DNA of 64,000 nucleotides from Albugo candida (Eukaryota): NCBI GenBank assembly GCA_040437565.1, contig JBDOQK010000012.1, positions 62,001 to 126,000 of the forward strand, read 5' to 3'. Shown piece by piece: positions 24,615 to 37,800 of this stretch (position 1 is its first letter; each line of letters starts with the position of its first letter). The notes under the pieces were generated by a model. It saw only the letters and a program-made list of their open reading frames with translations, ran no database searches and was not told where the DNA came from. The position numbers and the translations under genes were made by a program.

Positions 24615-27050
24615 ATGTCAGCAAAGAAAAAAGAAGCTATTGGTGTAAGCTCTATCCAAAACACCGCTGAGAGTGGTTCCGCTTTCGCACAAATAAAGAA
24701 CGTTGAACATTCACCATCACCAGTCCTAAATGTTAAGCCAAAAGTGCAGAAACATTCACGCTTCTTTTGTGTCCGACAATTTAGTGAAAAGCGGTCACGT
24801 TCAGTAGCTCCTGCTGATTCCACCACATACAGTAGCAGTCCTCCGAAGCGACGAAAAGCTACAGACGGTGGAACACATATCCGTGAAGCGAGTGCATTGC
24901 GAAGACATTATCAGTACGTTCAGCTTGTAAATAACGCAATCATTCTGTACTTATTTCTATCTTATTTGCAATAGATGGCGTATATCTCTTGGAGAAATGA
25001 TGCAGAAGGTTGCGGTAGAGCTGTTCTTTGTCCTCGTCGTGCTTTGTTACGGAGTATTTGTTGTCTTGCAAATCACAATGGGCGAGAAGGATCTTGTACT
25101 TTACAAGTTTTATATCGAAATTTGTGATATCACAGTCGGATCTATTCTTTTGATGGAGATTTCGCTAAAGATGATTGCGTTCGGTACAATATATTTACGA
25201 GACGGCTGGACTTTATTCGACACTATCGTCATCATTGCATCCTTCATTTTGAGCGTTTTCGCCGCAACAGGAACGAAATCTACTATTCTATTAAAGATCC
25301 TACGGCTCCGTGTAGTGTTGCGTATTTTGAGAATCGTAGTTGTTTTCGAACGGATCAAAAAAAGGTCCCACAAAATGGTGTTTTCACAAACAGAGAAACC
25401 AATGTCCTCCCCGGTTGAGCGTGTCTTATCCATTTTACAAGAACTCCGATACCATCCAGCAATATCAAACCAACATCGCTCTGATATTACTTTTGCTATA
25501 AATGCGATCAAAAACAATCGGCTATACGAAGTTAATGACGAGCTGATTACTAATGTGGATGATGACACCCAAAACTGGCTTCGCGGGGAGCTATTAAAAG
25601 CCAAAGACTCGAACAAAATCATCATAGATCCGAAACAATGCGCAAATCAGCGCAGTTCATTCTTGTCACCACTTCCTGATTCTGAAGGCACAAGAATTGA
25701 AGTTACAGAAAACATTACCAGCATCGATGAGGAGAAAGAATGCATTAAGGTGATCGAATTAAGTAGAATGAGCAGTGCACAGCGTATCAGTCTCCTTCAG
25801 CCCAACACCCTGCGTACCAGTTTTAGCTCTGAGCAAGTCTTCAAGGAGCTTTATCGCAATTTGTGCTGTTGGGATTTTGATATCTTCGCAGCAAATACGA
25901 TTACAAATGGACACGTGCTCTCGCATGTGGGATACCAATTGCTTTATGGATTAGCCGCTGAAACTTTAAACATACCGAATGGTCTGCTGATTAACTTCTT
26001 AGAGGAGATCCAGCGTGGATATCTATCAAGTAATCCGTATCACAATGCCATTCATGCTACCGACGTGATGCAAACCGTCCAATTTTTCCTTTCACAAGAC
26101 GAACTGACCTCTTTCTTGCTTCCATTGGACTGCTGTCTAGCGCTGATAGCAGCAGCTGTACATGACTTTCGACACGATGGATTCAATAATAGCTTTCATA
26201 TAAATACGAGCTCTGAGATTGCTATACGATACAATGATCATGCGGTACTGGAGAATTATCATGTGGCACAATCATTCCTCGTAATGAAGAATCAGGATTG
26301 TAATATTTTCGCTCATTTGTCGGCTGAAGATTTCAAGTATAGTCGAGAAATGATTATTCAGATGGTGCTTGCAACCGACATGGCCAGGCATTTTGAAGAG
26401 GTTGCACTTTTCAAAACCAACATACTACCAGCTTCTTCCAGCGAGCAACTCAACATAAAAAACCTCGGCGATAAAAAGCTATTGTTAAAGATGATTCTGC
26501 ACACATGCGACGTATCAAACCCTGCCAAATCACGACAAACCATGCTGCGATGGACAAACCGTGTGATAGAGGAATTTTTTGTTCAAGGTGATATGGAGAA
26601 ACAATTGAACATGCCCATATCCCCGTTCATGGATAGAGACACAATTGTGCTCAAGAAAATGCAAGTCGGATTTGCGGACTTTATTGTCATTCCCTTGTTN
26701 NNNNNNNNNNNNNNNNNNNNNNNNNNNNNNNNNNNNNNNNNNNNNNNNNNNNNNNNNNNNNNNNNNNNNNNNNNNNNNNNNNNNNNNNNNNNNNNNNNNG
26801 ATTTGCGGACTTTATTGTCATTCCCTTGTTTACAATCTGGGCTCAGCTTTTGCCAGTAATTCAAGCGGGACCTTTCAAAATCCTGCAGGGAAATCGAGAA
26901 TTCTGGGCTACTTTGTCTGACGAAGTCAAGCCTCACATGATCAATGACATTATCAACGAATTAGTAATAGAACAAGCTAAATCGGGACATGTAGAAACGC
27001 GATTAGAGTCAAATAACCCCGACGACACTCATACAGGACTTCAATGGTGA
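24615..27050 (+). CDS. Voltage-sensor-domain (S1-S4) fused class I cyclic-nucleotide phosphodiesterase
   Basis: Exon 1 from ATG 24615; intron 24914-24974 joins in frame (HYQ|WRISLGEMMQ). Four TM helices with MEISLKMIAFG (S2), WTLFD (S3) and KILRLRVVLRILR (S4). PDE motifs WDFDIF, NPYHNAIHATDV, AAAVHDFRHDG, YNDHAVLENYH, VLATDM, HTCDVSNP, EFFVQGD, QVGF. The gap at 26700-26799 has a ~30-nt duplicated overlap. Confidence 0.9.
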
Positions 27051-27269
27051 AATTAGTGGCATAGCAACAATACTTTCAGTTTAGAACGACCGGAGGAAAG
27101 ATGAAAATCCGTGCAATTAGAATCAACTTGTATCGTTGAATGCATTGCGATTGTGATCTTGCTGCCAGTCATGCTACCCGTGAGAGTTTAGAGTTCACCA
27201 TGGACGTTTTGTTGTTGTTTATAGCACTACTCAGCAACAGTTAAATAATTAATTGTGTGAGACCTGTAA

Positions 27270-30200
27270 ATGTGTATGCTTCGATTTTTCAGCTGCGTGA
27301 TCTTGTTCACACCTAGTAGAATATACTGTGCAGAGTTCTCTGTTGCGGATCAGTGGTATCACTCAACTCGCTGCACAAAGGAATCGAAGTCCGATGCATG
27401 CTTTCACTATGAACGCTGTAAAACGACACATCGATGCCCCACGGCACAAGAACGTAGGAACATTGACCACTTGATGATTGTAGCCGCATTCATGCAGTGT
27501 ATATTCGTTTACAGGCTACAGTATCGAAAATGTTCGACTCGGAAGTTTTAGCAATTCTTTTTTTGATAAAAAAGAAGAGGAAATAGCGCTGATGAATGAT
27601 TTCGAAAGTTGGGAAAGTGGAACACATCGTTGGAAGCTTTCTGAATCGAGTATGTGCTCATCAAATCGTTTTTTTAAATTATCCAGAAAATCTTTTCTAT
27701 GGTTTTAGATCAGACTCTCTTCGACCCTCAAGATTTATTTGGAATATCTACGTACCATTTCGGTCTACTAGGACCCCTCGAGCTCTCACAAGGCTCCTTG
27801 ACATTTGATACGGACAAGGCACAAGTTCGTGGCGACGTACATTTGGATGGAATCGTGACGAAAACTTGGAAGGGGACGAGCGTTGCAGTGTTCAATTTCC
27901 TGACAGTTTATTTGGGGAAGGGTGTGGACATTGTACTACTTGGTCGCTTGCCATTTGTCCTTCTCAGCCGAAGCAGCATGATAATTGACGCAGAGTTGGA
28001 TATCGACCCAGGAACGCTCGGTGGATTCCCAGGAGGAGGCTCCATCGGATTGATTGATTTGAACCAGAATGGTCCTGGAAGCGTGAATGCTCTTCTGCAT
28101 GTGGTAACATTATCTACCTCAGCAACGCAAATCACACAAATACAGGAAGTGCAAACCATCTGCCCTGATGGAGAGAATATTGGCGGCTACTTTATTCTAT
28201 CTTACACATCTAATGACGTGAAATATTCTCTGAAGACTCATAAGACACAACCTATTACGTATGATGCCTCGGCGTATGATGTGCAGCTAATCATGCAAGA
28301 TGCATTTCCCGAACTTGGTCAGCTGCTTGTGGAGCGTCTTGATACAAGTGAGCAAAACGCAAAGATAGGAAGGGCATGGCGCATTACCTTTCAAAGTGCC
28401 ACACTGAATGCTCCTTTGCTAAAAGCTCTCAGTTTTCTGGAAGGCGTTGGAGCCAAAGTGCTGACGCGATACATCCAAGAGAGAAATCAGATTGGAGGTG
28501 GATTTCGACTATCTTTTCAGGGATTAATGACACGTCTAGTATCACATAATGTAAGCGCAGAGAGTCTCAGTGAAATACTACTGGATGATTTGTCGCTCGT
28601 CGATGCTGTCGTTTCACGCACTGACCCATTGGACCGATGTTGGCAAGGTTCTACGACACCTAATATAAATGCCAGTGCATCCATATCATCTCTACCTGAC
28701 GCATTTTTCAATCCTGCAGAATGGCTTCTTCCTGAACAACGACCTCTGAGTGGTGCACAGGCGGATTGGGCTCCCAAACTTTGTAGTAGTGGTCGCGGAT
28801 CTGGCGATAGTTTCGTATGGAAGATACAATTATATACGAAGATTTTGGGTGGCAGCCAAAAGCTTTCAGAGGCTTCTGTGCAAAAGAAAAATTGCTCGTG
28901 CTCTTTGATCGAGGTAGACTACACAAAGCTGACCGGGATAGGATCAATGGCACAAGTTACAAACTGTAAATGCTTTTCGATGGCATTTGGTGGTGCTGGT
29001 GGATCTTTTGGTGGAAATGGTGGCGGAGGATACGTTCCAAGGCATTCTCCGTTGAATGGAATCGTAGGGCAGCCATATTTGACTGATACCGTGGAAGATC
29101 TTCTGGGCGGAAGTGGTGGCGCTGCAGGAGCAGAAAATCCAATTGATATTATTCCACTAACTTACCCTGTGTTGGGAGGAAGCGGTGGTGGTTCTGTCTA
29201 TCTTGGGGCAGTGAATGACATCTTGCTGGGTCATAATTCCAGAATACGCGTGAACGGAGAAAATGGGTCGGACGGATTTCGGGCAGGAGGAGGTGGCGCT
29301 GGTGGATCAATTGTACTTGCAAGTGCAGCTACAGTAGCTAATCATGGAAATATTGAAAGCAATGGTGGAAATGGTGGGAATGATATCTTTCCCTCTTCTT
29401 CATCTTATTATGGAGGGGGTGGCAGCGGTGGCCGAGTCGCGATATATGCACAAGCTGTGTCCAATTGGGGTGCCGGGTCAATAAAAGTAGCGGGAGGTAC
29501 CAGCGTCGCAGGAAAAAGATCCGGAGAAGCAGGTTCCGTCTATGTATCAGCAACATCTAGTCCAAGTATGCGAGTCGATCCGTCTTTGGGTGCGGCAGGT
29601 ACCAACAAATCTCTTCTTGTTCGGCAAGCATCAGATTTATCAATTACAATGCAAAATCAAGAGGAGAATCGTGGACCGAGATATGTATTCCTGCAAGCTG
29701 AAAATCCCACTTGGATCTCATATTTCATTCGTATTGGAGGCATTGATATAGATGCTATCGAGTCGGTGAATGGCGCAATGTTTCGTTTGCAGGATTCCTC
29801 GAAAGCTCAGGATTTCCTTATTTCTATCGGTATTGTAAATGGCCATTTCACGCATGGAAGCAACAATATCTCACTCCCTGTTGAGGAATTACACGCCTCA
29901 GTGCAGCCAGATCGCTGGTACAAAGTTGACATTCGTATCGCTTGGTCCACAAAAACGTACTCTGTTTCCCTCAATGATGTGCTTAAAGTTCGAAGGGCTT
30001 CGTTTCACGCGGAGAACATTACGGCGATCCAGCTTAATAATTATAACGTGCCATCAGTTTGGTGGGATGAAGTATACGTCGGGAACGACCGTCTTATGGG
30101 ATTCGTATGCCCTCAACTTTTTAGTTTTATAAGTGACAATGACAATGAAGCGGTAGATCAAGAGGTCGTGAAAGCAATCGTCGCGCCGAGTAGAGGATTG

Positions 30201-32645
30201 CGAAAGTTGTGGACTTCCGAGCCCGAGGTGACAAAGGAGACTTTCCATGAGATGATTAAACATGAAAGTCATCTTTCCCGGCGAGCTTTTTATCAGCACA
30301 ACTACGGTAATCTGGTTCATTTCGACGGGGAACCATATACTGCATTCAAAAATGACGTTCACGAAAGACCTCAAAATTCTGAGATTGAAGTCGAGCAGTT
30401 TGTGGACGCCAATCTCGACCCGATAGCCCAAAATGAATTTTTGATCATACAAAAAAGTATTCAGGACTTTACCATTGTCATATCTGATGAATCGTCAGTA
30501 CAAGATGGCTTCGAAAGCTCTTTTGATACCGTGTATTGGTATTCGGACGTTTTCTACAATACGACCGATTATGCACGACGCAATAGATTACTTGGAGGCA
30601 TCGGTTCTTGTTCTACAAAAGATTATGTAGAATGGAGAAATGAAGGGATTGTTCTCGACTATGAGGTCTTGCTAAATTCTTCTGGACAAAGGACAGGGGA
30701 AGGCTTGTTTGCTGAGCGTCCAAATGTGGTATACAATAAAATAACACATAAGTTTGTCATGTGGATGCACGTTGATAATTTGAACAACACGCTTGGACTT
30801 GAGGGTGTGGCTACTAGCATGTACCCCAACGGACCATTTGACTTTGACCGAAGCTTTTACCCGGATGCCCCAGTAGAGTCACCAGCAGGGAAAGTTATAA
30901 GGAGTATGAAAGATCAAACGATTGCCCTGCTAAATCATGAAAGCACCGATGCTGAGCCCCCCACGGCATTTCTCATTCGTTCCTATCATAAGACAGTTGA
31001 GTATTGGCTGCCACATCCTGTAATGGATCCATTGTGGCAAAGTGTTCAAACAGCAAGTGGGAAAGCGGACTTTTCAATGAGTTATCATCGTGCTTTTTAT
31101 CATTCTGGTTATGACGACCCGCAAGATGTTTACTTGCAGCGTTGGAGGATGGAAGACCAACCTTGGAGTTACAGATGTTGCGCTCCAGACGACATGGACA
31201 ATTGCGTCATTGTATCGAGTTCCGACAATAGTAATATTGAGAATGAAAGATGTCCTGTTGGAAACGAATTAAAGTTGGAGATTTTAGGACAGGCTCAAGA
31301 CTTTCCATCTATTCAATCGAGATTTAAGGATCCTAGTGAACCCGGCAATAGCTTGTTTCAGGCTGACTCCGTCACGGCACATACAACTTGGGGATATCAA
31401 GTGTATAATACGAAAACCTGGAGTGAGAATTACTTCGACGCACTGAAGATAAACATGTCGTTATTTATTTTCAAGCGGTATTGGACCAAGCAGAGAGAAG
31501 AGATCATGGCCCAAGCGCTAGTATTAAACGTGACGGTGCCACAAGAGGATGGAAACATATCCAACATGGCAATCGTTGTCAATAATACAGATGTCATAGA
31601 GGCAATGCTGGGAGACCTTGGAGTACCTATATCTCTGTCAGTGATGGCAAAATATTCCTCGCATGATCTAGCTGTTATCGATCCGAATGCTGATGGAAAA
31701 ATCACACAAAAGGAAGCGATCGCTTTCGATGCATTGGCACAGAGTCTTCCACCCAGTACGTATTCGGAGCTGAAAATGGATTTTGCGGCTCTGAAAGCTG
31801 CACATGCAAAAAACCTAGACTCGAATCAGAATGGAATCGTGACATACAATGAGTTTCAAGATTGGGTAAAGAACGATCCAGATCTTGTTTTCGACGAGTT
31901 TGACGCGGATAAGAGTGGATATTTGGACGAAGAAGAGCTCACTCGATTTCTATGTTCACGTCAAATACCACGCCTTGATCATATCATTATCTTCTTGGAC
32001 CCTTCATTTGATGGTCGCGTGCACTATCACCGCTTTCTGAATTTTTTGAGAAAAGGACCGCTGTATATCTTTGATTATTACGACAATGATCGTTCAGGAT
32101 CCCTCTCCACTTTTGAGATGAGCCTTTTGCGCAAGGACTTGGGAGGGATGCTCGATCTAAATTCCACGTTATTTACGAGAAATGTCGGTGAAGAACTTCG
32201 CAAGGAAGAATATTTTGAATGGGTTGGCACTTGGATAAGCCTACTGAGGGACGAGCGAGATCATCTAAAAGTCGACAACGCAATTCATGCGACTCGACCG
32301 GACAGCCTTATTGGACCAATGCGCGTGGTAGAACGGAGGAGGGCCAAATACGTATCGATATGTCGACTCACAGAGGATTATTTATCGACAGAGGGTCATT
32401 TTCAAGAAATAGAAGGTGATTCTGAAGGATCTAATGCTTTGCTCAACTTTGCAGCATTGGCATACGGTCTGTTTGGGCTTGAGGAAAAGCACATTGTGCC
32501 TTTGGACGATCTGAAGCTAAACCCAGACATATCTTTTCGTTTGTTTCTATCACCCGCAATGCTTCACCAGCAAGCTTCTTATTGGAACGGGCGGAACAGG
32601 GAAGCAAGGACAGCAGCTCCTGTAGATTTTCTCTATGATACTTAA
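27270..32645 (+). CDS. Large putatively secreted multidomain protein: Gly-rich repeats, beta-sandwich, GH43-like propeller with EF-hand insertion
   Basis: 1648-aa ORF plus probable upstream exons with a signal-like N-terminus. GH43-like motifs YWYSD, CSTKDYVEWRNEG, ERPNVVYNKITHKFVMWMHVD, GVATSMYPNGPF, RLTEDYL. EF-hands DPNADGKITQKE, DSNQNGIVTYNE, DADKSGYLDEEE, DNDRSGSLSTFE. Confidence 0.75.
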
Positions 32646-33016
32646 TGCGGAGTAGTAGCAGGAACTAAAAATGACAAGCAAATGCGGTTGTAATGACTCA
32701 AACGACGCATCTCACGACGTGTTCTGGCCGCGTGGTCTCAATGCGAAGCGTTAAAGACATTCTACAATAGCGGTTTATGGAGAGACTTCAGCTGTAGCGA
32801 AAATATAAAATGTCGTTGCTTTCCACGATCGAAATTATCGATAGAAGCGGAGAGGATATCTATTTAGAAGGTAGAGTTACAATCATAAACTCGGTCGATT
32901 GATATAACATATAAACCAATCAGATCAACCTATTTCGTTACCTTCGCGCAACAACCTTCTTTGAGCCTACAAGTGCTTTGGACCACTAACAAGAAAGATT
33001 TCAGCAAGAGACAGAT

Positions 33017-34809
33017 ATGATGCAAGCTCCTGTAATGGTGCTGAGTGCGTACACCCCTAATCATTTTTCCCATACACTGAATCGATCCGTGCTAATCCTA
33101 TATCCAACTTGATACAGATGCAAATACACGCCGAGAAACCGGACGTACTGCACAGTTGGGAAATATTGAAGCAGCAAAGGTTAGTCTCATTTTGTTAATT
33201 ATCTTACTCGGCGTCGACTTTGATTTTGATTCAACTTCGCGATAGTTTGTTGCAGATGTCGTGCGAACCACCTTAGGTCCTCGTTCTATGCTGAAAATGC
33301 TATTGGATCCGATGGGAGGAATTGTCATGACGAATGATGGAAATGCTATTTTACGTGAAATTGATGTGTCACATCCTGCAGCCAAAAGCATGATTGAACT
33401 GAGTCGAGCACAAGATGAGGAAGTGGGCGATGGGACTACCTCGGTGATCATTCTAGGTACGATTGTGGTGTCTGTATAAAGAAACATAACGAGAATTCAC
33501 ATGTTCTATCCATGCAGCCGGTGAGTTGCTTATGGTTGCTGAACCATTTCTGTCGCATCAAATCCACCCAACAGTGATCATTCGAGGCTTTCGTCGCGCC
33601 CTTGAAAGATCTTTAGAAGTCGCAAAAAGTTTAGCTCAGCATATCGATGTCAATGACAAGGAAAACATGCGCAAACTGATACAATCATGTGTGGGCACTA
33701 AATTTTCTCCCCGTGTTGGCGATCTTGTGAGCGATTTGGCATTGGACGCAGTACGAACAGTAGCACGCTCGTCTGGAACTGGGATCAAAGAAGTCGATGT
33801 AAAGCGATATGCCAAAGTGGAAAAAATTCCAGGTGGCGAATTGGAAGATAGCCGTGTTTTACGCGGTGTCATGTTTAACAAAGACGTGACACATCCCAGA
33901 ATGTCTCGACATATAAAAAACCCTCGCGTGCTTCTTCTTGACTGCTCGCTCGAGTACAAGAAAGGGGAAAGTCAAACGAATGTGGAGCTCACAAATGATC
34001 AAGATTGGAATACGTTGTTACGACTTGAAGAAGAGTTTGTTGAAAATCTATGCGCACAAATCGTTTCGGTCAAACCCGATATTGTAATTACCGAAAAGGG
34101 AGTCTCTGATCTCGCACAGCATTACTTTGTGAAAGCCAATATCACTGTCTTTCGCCGTCTGCGCAAGACTGATAACAATCGTGTAGCTCGTGCTACAGGT
34201 GCAACGATCGTCAGTAGACCTGACGAAATCCAAGAGTCTGATATCGGCACGCAATGCGGTCTTTTTGAAGTACGAAAAATTGGCGATGAATACTTTGCAT
34301 TCTTTGAAGAGTGCCAGGATCCGAAAGCGTGTAGCATCCTTTTACGTGGTGGTAGCAAAGACGTGCTCAATGAAATTGAACGAAACTTACAAGATGCGAT
34401 GCAGGTGGCTCGTAATGTATTTTTTGAGCCTCTACTTCTCCCCGGAGGCGGCGCAACAGAAATGAGAATAGCTCATGAGCTTCATCAACGAGCGAATCGA
34501 ACTGAAGGAGTAGAACAGTATCTATTGAAAGCTGTTGCTGAGGCTCTTGAAGTAATTCCAAGAACCTTGTTGCAAAATTGCGGTGCGGATGTAGTTCGTG
34601 TAATGACCGCGCTTCGAGCAAAGCAGGCCGAGCAAGAAGAAGCTTATGGTGTGGATGGTGTCAGCGGAAAAATTACTGCCGCTACCGACCTGGGAGTGTG
34701 GGAACCTTTCCAAGTCAAAACACAATCGATCAAAACCGCCATCGAAGCCGCATGTATGCTCTTACGTATCGACGATATTGTCTCAGGCTTGGCAAAAAAG
34801 AAAGATTAG
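33017..34809 (+). CDS. CCT3: T-complex protein 1 subunit gamma (chaperonin CCT3), 4 exons
   Basis: MMQAPVMVL start, [74 protein letters not shown]. Confidence 0.97.
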
Positions 34810-34858
34810 CTTTGAGTATTGAACTCAAAATTCATCGACTGATCTGAACCGCCGCGTA

Positions 34859-37800
34859 ATGGATTCAAAATCGTATGTGTGATCGCGAGTTTTTCTTCCT
34901 TTTAGAACGCGCTTTTCTTCCTACCGAACACGCTAACGTACTCTATGACCGCAAACATTACACGAGCGTCCGTGTTGAGGACATTTACAAACAACTACAA
35001 AATGTCGACTTCGATCGCAAAACATTCTTTTTTGGCGGATGTGACTGTCTCGCAGAAATATTGACCCGATTGGCGGAAGCAGCAATTCACCAACGTAATT
35101 ATGATACTGCTCAGAAGGCTGTTTCTTGGTTTCTACGCGATATCCGTCTGCGCAATCAGGTAGCGAGATGGTAGCGCGAATTGTTCCGAACAGAGTCTTA
35201 CTTTTGTTACATAGCTTCACTGCCGCATTTTGTTTGCTCAAGCTATATGCCATGTTAATCTTGCCGCTGAAGGAAAAAGCGGTGTTCCAAAGATACGTGC
35301 GATAATGGAAGCAATTGAGTATGTTCTCCAAGTCGTAGAGTTTGCACTTCAAAAGCAAAATCGCCCGCGTTACGACTTCCTTGTATACAATTCCTCGATG
35401 ATATATTGGCGGATTGCACGATCGTTGATGAAGGTAAATACCATCCGCTTCCTTATCTCATCGCTGACGACCATAATCGACGCTTTGAAGATTGTATCTG
35501 AGGCTGACATTCTTTGGGTTGCGAGACTAAAAGTGACATTGGCTCAAGCTTTTTTCGATGACGGACAGAACGCCTGTGCTGCCCAATTTACCGCGGAAGT
35601 CGTTGAAAAGATGTTGCTTCCTTTCTTCAGCGATACAGCAGCTCTAAACAAAATCAGCTCTGAGGACAAAAGAGAGGCACATAAACTATTTCAAGACGCT
35701 TTGATATTACAGCACTACCTCAGCACAATCAATGAACCAGAATGCCGTAAACTATCGATCACTGTAGCAAACAACGCCACTCAATTCTCTACAAAATTAG
35801 AATCGAAGCATTACATGGTCCTACTAAGGTTGGAGACATTGAAGTTCACAGGCCAAGCGGAGGATGTAAGCAAAGAGCTTTGTCAAATTTTCATCGAATC
35901 TACAGGATTGAAAGACTACGAGGCGAGCACGATCAGCCGAAAGGACCTCAAAGCCCACTGTAAAATTACGGCTGCTGGGTCCAATGTCGCAATCAGCGCA
36001 GATGATCAGCTCGTTGTGGAGATTGGAATATTCGCCTTATCACGTGGTATTTTCGATGTCGCAGTGCACTGTGAGGCGGTTGTAAAGATGTCAATGGACG
36101 AAGTGACCCCACATCTTCTTCTACTGCACCGGTTTCTTTGTACAATGCTGCACATTGAATGCGATGAACTATATGCTACGTTCAATCAAAAAGTGCCGCG
36201 AGGAAAGCCACATTCCATGGACAAAGTCAAGTGGATGAACAAATTGCTCACTTATTGCGCACGTATGCAATGTAAGTCGCAGAACAGTTCTGTGTTGGAT
36301 GAGATTGGCGGCATTATCGAGCGTGTGTGCGTATATGNNNNNNNNNNNNNNNNNNNNNNNNNNNNNNNNNNNNNNNNNNNNNNNNNNNNNNNNNNNNNNN
36401 NNNNNNNNNNNNNNNNNNNNNNNNNNNNNNNNNNNNNATGTCGCAGTGCACTGTGAGGCGGTTGTAAAGATGTCAATGGACGAAGTGACCCCACATCTTC
36501 TTCTACTGCACCGGTTTCTTTGTACAATGCTGCACATTGAATGCGATGAACTATATGCTACGTTCAATCAAAAAGTGCCGCGAGGAAAGCCACATTCCAT
36601 GGACAAAGTCAAGTGGATGAACAAATTGCTCACTTATTGCGCACGTATGCAATGTAAGTCGCAGAACAGTTCTGTGTTGGATGAGATTGGCGGCATTATC
36701 GAGCGTGTGTGCGTATATGCTTGGTGTCAGTCACAAGCAATGAGGGAGGAAAAAAGGAAGCTTTTTTGCACGACTTTACATCTAGCAAATAGCTTAATGG
36801 AAAGTTGTGAATCATTATTGCATTTTCATCGCGTACAAATCGCTTTAGAAATGGCACGGCTTAATTTGGAAGCTAAAAGGGTTGGAATGGCCAAAACCGT
36901 GCTCGAAATGGCTTCAACCCTTGATTACGGATCACTTATGATTGAGGATAACACTTTTAATAGTGGCAAGTGCAGCTCTGGAGGATTTGATCAAGTATGG
37001 GCACTATATCAGAGCGCAAATGATGCCCAGAAACCACATTTTGAACGTTCGCTCGATGCGTGGGTAGTATTGCTGCACCGCAAAGTGATGCTCGAGATCA
37101 AAAGAAGCGCTACAGATACGAGTGAAGATGTTGCAGAGATCCGTGATATTGCAGCTGTAGTTCATTGTGATCAAGTATTGTCACTAATGGACGAAGCCAA
37201 GAGCTTCATAAGTACAGCAGACAAGTGTAAGAAGCACGTAGAACATTCATCTGCGGAGAAACTACGGGTTTACTTGGATAAAGTGCTCAAAGGACTTAAA
37301 AGAGGCCGTAATATGATCAAGTCAACTTCTTCAGTCACCGCAACTTTGAATGTTCTACAATTTAATGAACTAAGCGCTTTTGCATGTAAAACTGCTCCAA
37401 ACATGAGCGTTACGTGGGAGGTATGTCGGGAGGCTTTATTGCAATGCAATGCACTCCATTCACTCACGCCGTCAAAAGAATGGACAAACAAGCAGGTGTC
37501 AGTCGTACAATTTCACTTATACAAACGTACAGCGCAGTTGCTGGCATTAAAACTTGAACAGCTTTCGCGTAAGCAATGCAGTCTCTACCCAACACGTAAT
37601 CATTCACAAATCACATCAACTGTGGACGCGAGCTCCTCCTCTATAGAATGGCAACATCTATTTACGTTCGGTGCAGTCGTCAATGAGTCGTCCGACTCAT
37701 TCGTNNNNNNNNNNNNNNNNNNNNNNNNNNNNNNNNNNNNNNNNNNNNNNNNNNNNNNNNNNNNNNNNNNNNNNNNNNNNNNNNNNNNNNNNNNNNNNNN

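Noticed and set aside
22495-27050. PHD-VSD-PDE triple fusion
   Set aside because: The PHD ORF stops at 24414 and the PDE gene has its own ATG at 24615. No convincing in-frame splice links them.
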